Below are positions 62,986 through 64,000 of a stretch of DNA of 64,000 nucleotides, piece after piece. The DNA is from Bacillota bacterium. Lineage in GTDB: Bacteria > Bacillota > Clostridia > Christensenellales > SZUA-584. Location: contig JAEZKQ010000030.1 of NCBI GenBank assembly GCA_023436115.1, forward strand, positions 177,910 to 241,909, given 5' to 3'. A program made the position numbers and the translations under genes. Under the pieces are notes generated by a model that saw nothing but the letters and a program-made list of their open reading frames with translations, was not told the origin of the DNA and did not search any database. The first letter of the stretch is position 1. The number at the start of each line of letters is the position of its first letter.

Positions 62986-64000
62986 TTAATAGCCTTTTGT
63001 CGGATCGATGATGCTGCCGTCGATGGCATTGATGATGAGCACAGGGAATTTAGTGAAGGGAGATTTGGTGTCGATACCCCACCCATACGATATAAAGTTC
63101 TCATGTTCCTGTTTCACATTCCCGTAAAAAACCCAGGCCGGCGTATAGATGCCGTTTCTGCCAGAGGCGTTCTGTTCACGGACGCGAACGAGCGAGAGCG
63201 CAATGCCGTCTATGTCGATGCTCACATTAGTTAAGTCCGGCGGCCATTGTTCACTTGCGCCATATGTCGTCACTATCATCGTCTCAAAAATCTCTCGAGC
63301 TTCTTCAAAGTTTATTACGCCCGTATCCTCGTTGATGATTTCGCCTGTCGTTGTATGAGATGCCCAGTCGATATATAATATCCCGTTATCATTCACCCAA
63401 AACATGATTCTTTCGTACATCCACGGAAGTGAATTTTCGTCTCCGCCGCTGCAAAGGTAGGACATGTTGCCTACGGGAGAATCTCCCACAGCTCTGACGT
63501 AGCTAAATTGATAGGCATAGTTTTCCGGGCCATGGGCATGACCTTCTGTTGTCTGTTCGTCGTCAATCAAATACGCATCACTCAAAACAACGTCCGTAAT
63601 GTTGCCTGCGTCGAAGAAGCCATCGCAGAGCGCCTTTGCATCTTCATACGTAATGGTCAGCTTGCCTTCCGTGGCGGCCTGCCAATTGGCTTCATCAATT
63701 CTCACGGCATTCATCTCAGATAACTGACTGTTGGGTTCATCCCGTGAGAATATAAGATAATTTTCCCAACTTCCATTTTCATCAAGCGGTACACAAACAG
63801 TGATGTGCTTATCCTCCGTGCTTGCGTCAAGCTTCAATATCTCTTCCCCCGCATACTTATCTCCCCCGGTCGTCTCAATCGTCATTGTTCCATCCGAGAT
63901 TTGTGTATCAAGCTCCGGGGCTGTTTCGGGCGCGGATTCATATTGCTCTTCCAGCGCTTCGATTTCCTCTTCAAGCTCCTCTTCGGTAAACATCGTGTGT
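62986..64000 (-). CDS. Protein sharing the BlaR1-like ectodomain; ORF open to the window edge (probably N-terminally incomplete)
   Basis: Its C-terminus ...YTPAWVFYGNV...VLIINAIDGSIIDPTKGY parallels ...YYLPVWDFLGDY...LLTLNAIDGSVIDRGLGY of the BlaR1-like protein. No stop lies between 63993 and 64000, and no signal peptide follows the listed Met. Confidence 0.6.
   Translation of the reverse strand, partial: HTMFTEEELEEEIEALEEQYESAPETAPELDTQISDGTMTIETTGGDKYAGEEILKLDASTEDKHITVCVPLDENGSWENYLIFSRDEPNSQLSEMNAVRIDEANWQAATEGKLTITYEDAKALCDGFFDAGNITDVVLSDAYLIDDEQTTEGHAHGPENYAYQFSYVRAVGDSPVGNMSYLCSGGDENSLPWMYERIMFWVNDNGILYIDWASHTTTGEIINEDTGVINFEEAREIFETMIVTTYGASEQWPPDLTNVSIDIDGIALSLVRVREQNASGRNGIYTPAWVFYGNVKQEHENFISYGWGIDTKSPFTKFPVLIINAIDGSIIDPTKGY

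Larger units (their letters stand above)
50359..64000 (-). mobile_element. Integrated element (partial; continues beyond the window) with a large serine recombinase, a Tn916-like regulatory module and a BlaI/BlaR1-ABC cargo
   Basis: The boundary is defined by the truncated GGDEF gene and by the end of repeat homology at 50358/50359. The recombinase gene lies at the extreme end. The XRE/sigma-like/small-ORF order matches Tn916/Tn5397. The cargo from ~54.3 kb looks clearly GC-richer by eye. Confidence 0.55.

Noticed and set aside
1-64000. CRISPR arrays, rRNA or tRNA genes, or complete IS elements
   Set aside because: I saw no regularly spaced direct repeats, no rRNA universal blocks, no cloverleaf candidates and no transposase ORFs. 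Only serine-recombinase genes or fragments are present.

Overview
Overview: the window looks like a spore-forming Clostridia (Firmicutes) chromosome. Evidence is GGAGG-type ribosome-binding sites, sporulation-type small proteins, and most genes on the minus strand. I saw no rRNA, tRNA or CRISPR array.

Housekeeping and accessory genes, 1 to ~44 kb:
- A truncated LCP gene, followed by a Gly/Cys-rich sporulation-like mini-cluster (0.8-2 kb).
- An arsR-acr3-permease-thioredoxin-like operon.
- A phosphodiester glycosidase, a metallophosphoesterase, a cNMP-binding/DUF2225 fusion and a GH3 beta-glucosidase.
- An AraC-controlled five-gene redox/sugar-kinase operon (12.9-18.7 kb). It carries a repeated 24-nt upstream motif.
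- A thioredoxin-reductase-like flavoprotein that lacks the NADPH motifs.
- Two ABC importers (one amino-acid type, one NitT/TauT type).
- An Rrf2-controlled Cys/Met PLP-enzyme operon and a NifS/TtcA-like pair.
- A LacI-like-sensor GGDEF protein and a bicupin oxalate decarboxylase.
- A DUF4865/acetoacetate-decarboxylase-like/SDR/flavodoxin-like cluster.

Mobile-DNA mosaic, ~44 kb onward:
- Two serine-recombinase gene fragments bracket a nucleotidyltransferase and a 2-enoate-reductase-like gene.
- A ~170-230 bp structured terminal module occurs twice in direct orientation, on either side of a sensor diguanylate cyclase gene.
- One copy is the end of an element that carries an intact large serine recombinase. 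That element has inserted into, and truncated, a second GGDEF gene at 50358/50359.
- Inside the element is a Tn916-like regulatory layout: XRE repressor divergent from a sigma-like gene, then small ORFs, then the recombinase. A ~400-nt non-coding stretch that looks GC-rich and helix-rich interrupts this layout.
- From ~54.3 kb to the window end lies a cargo island that looks distinctly GC-richer by eye. It holds BlaI, a BlaR1-like sensor with a non-PBP ectodomain, and a six-gene translationally coupled operon.
- That operon combines an ABC-2 exporter with a MacB/FtsX-type module. The MacB/FtsX module has a catalytically degenerate ATPase and a membrane-anchored CARDB-like surface protein.

All functional calls come from reading the translated ORFs and from remembered family motifs. 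No database search was run.
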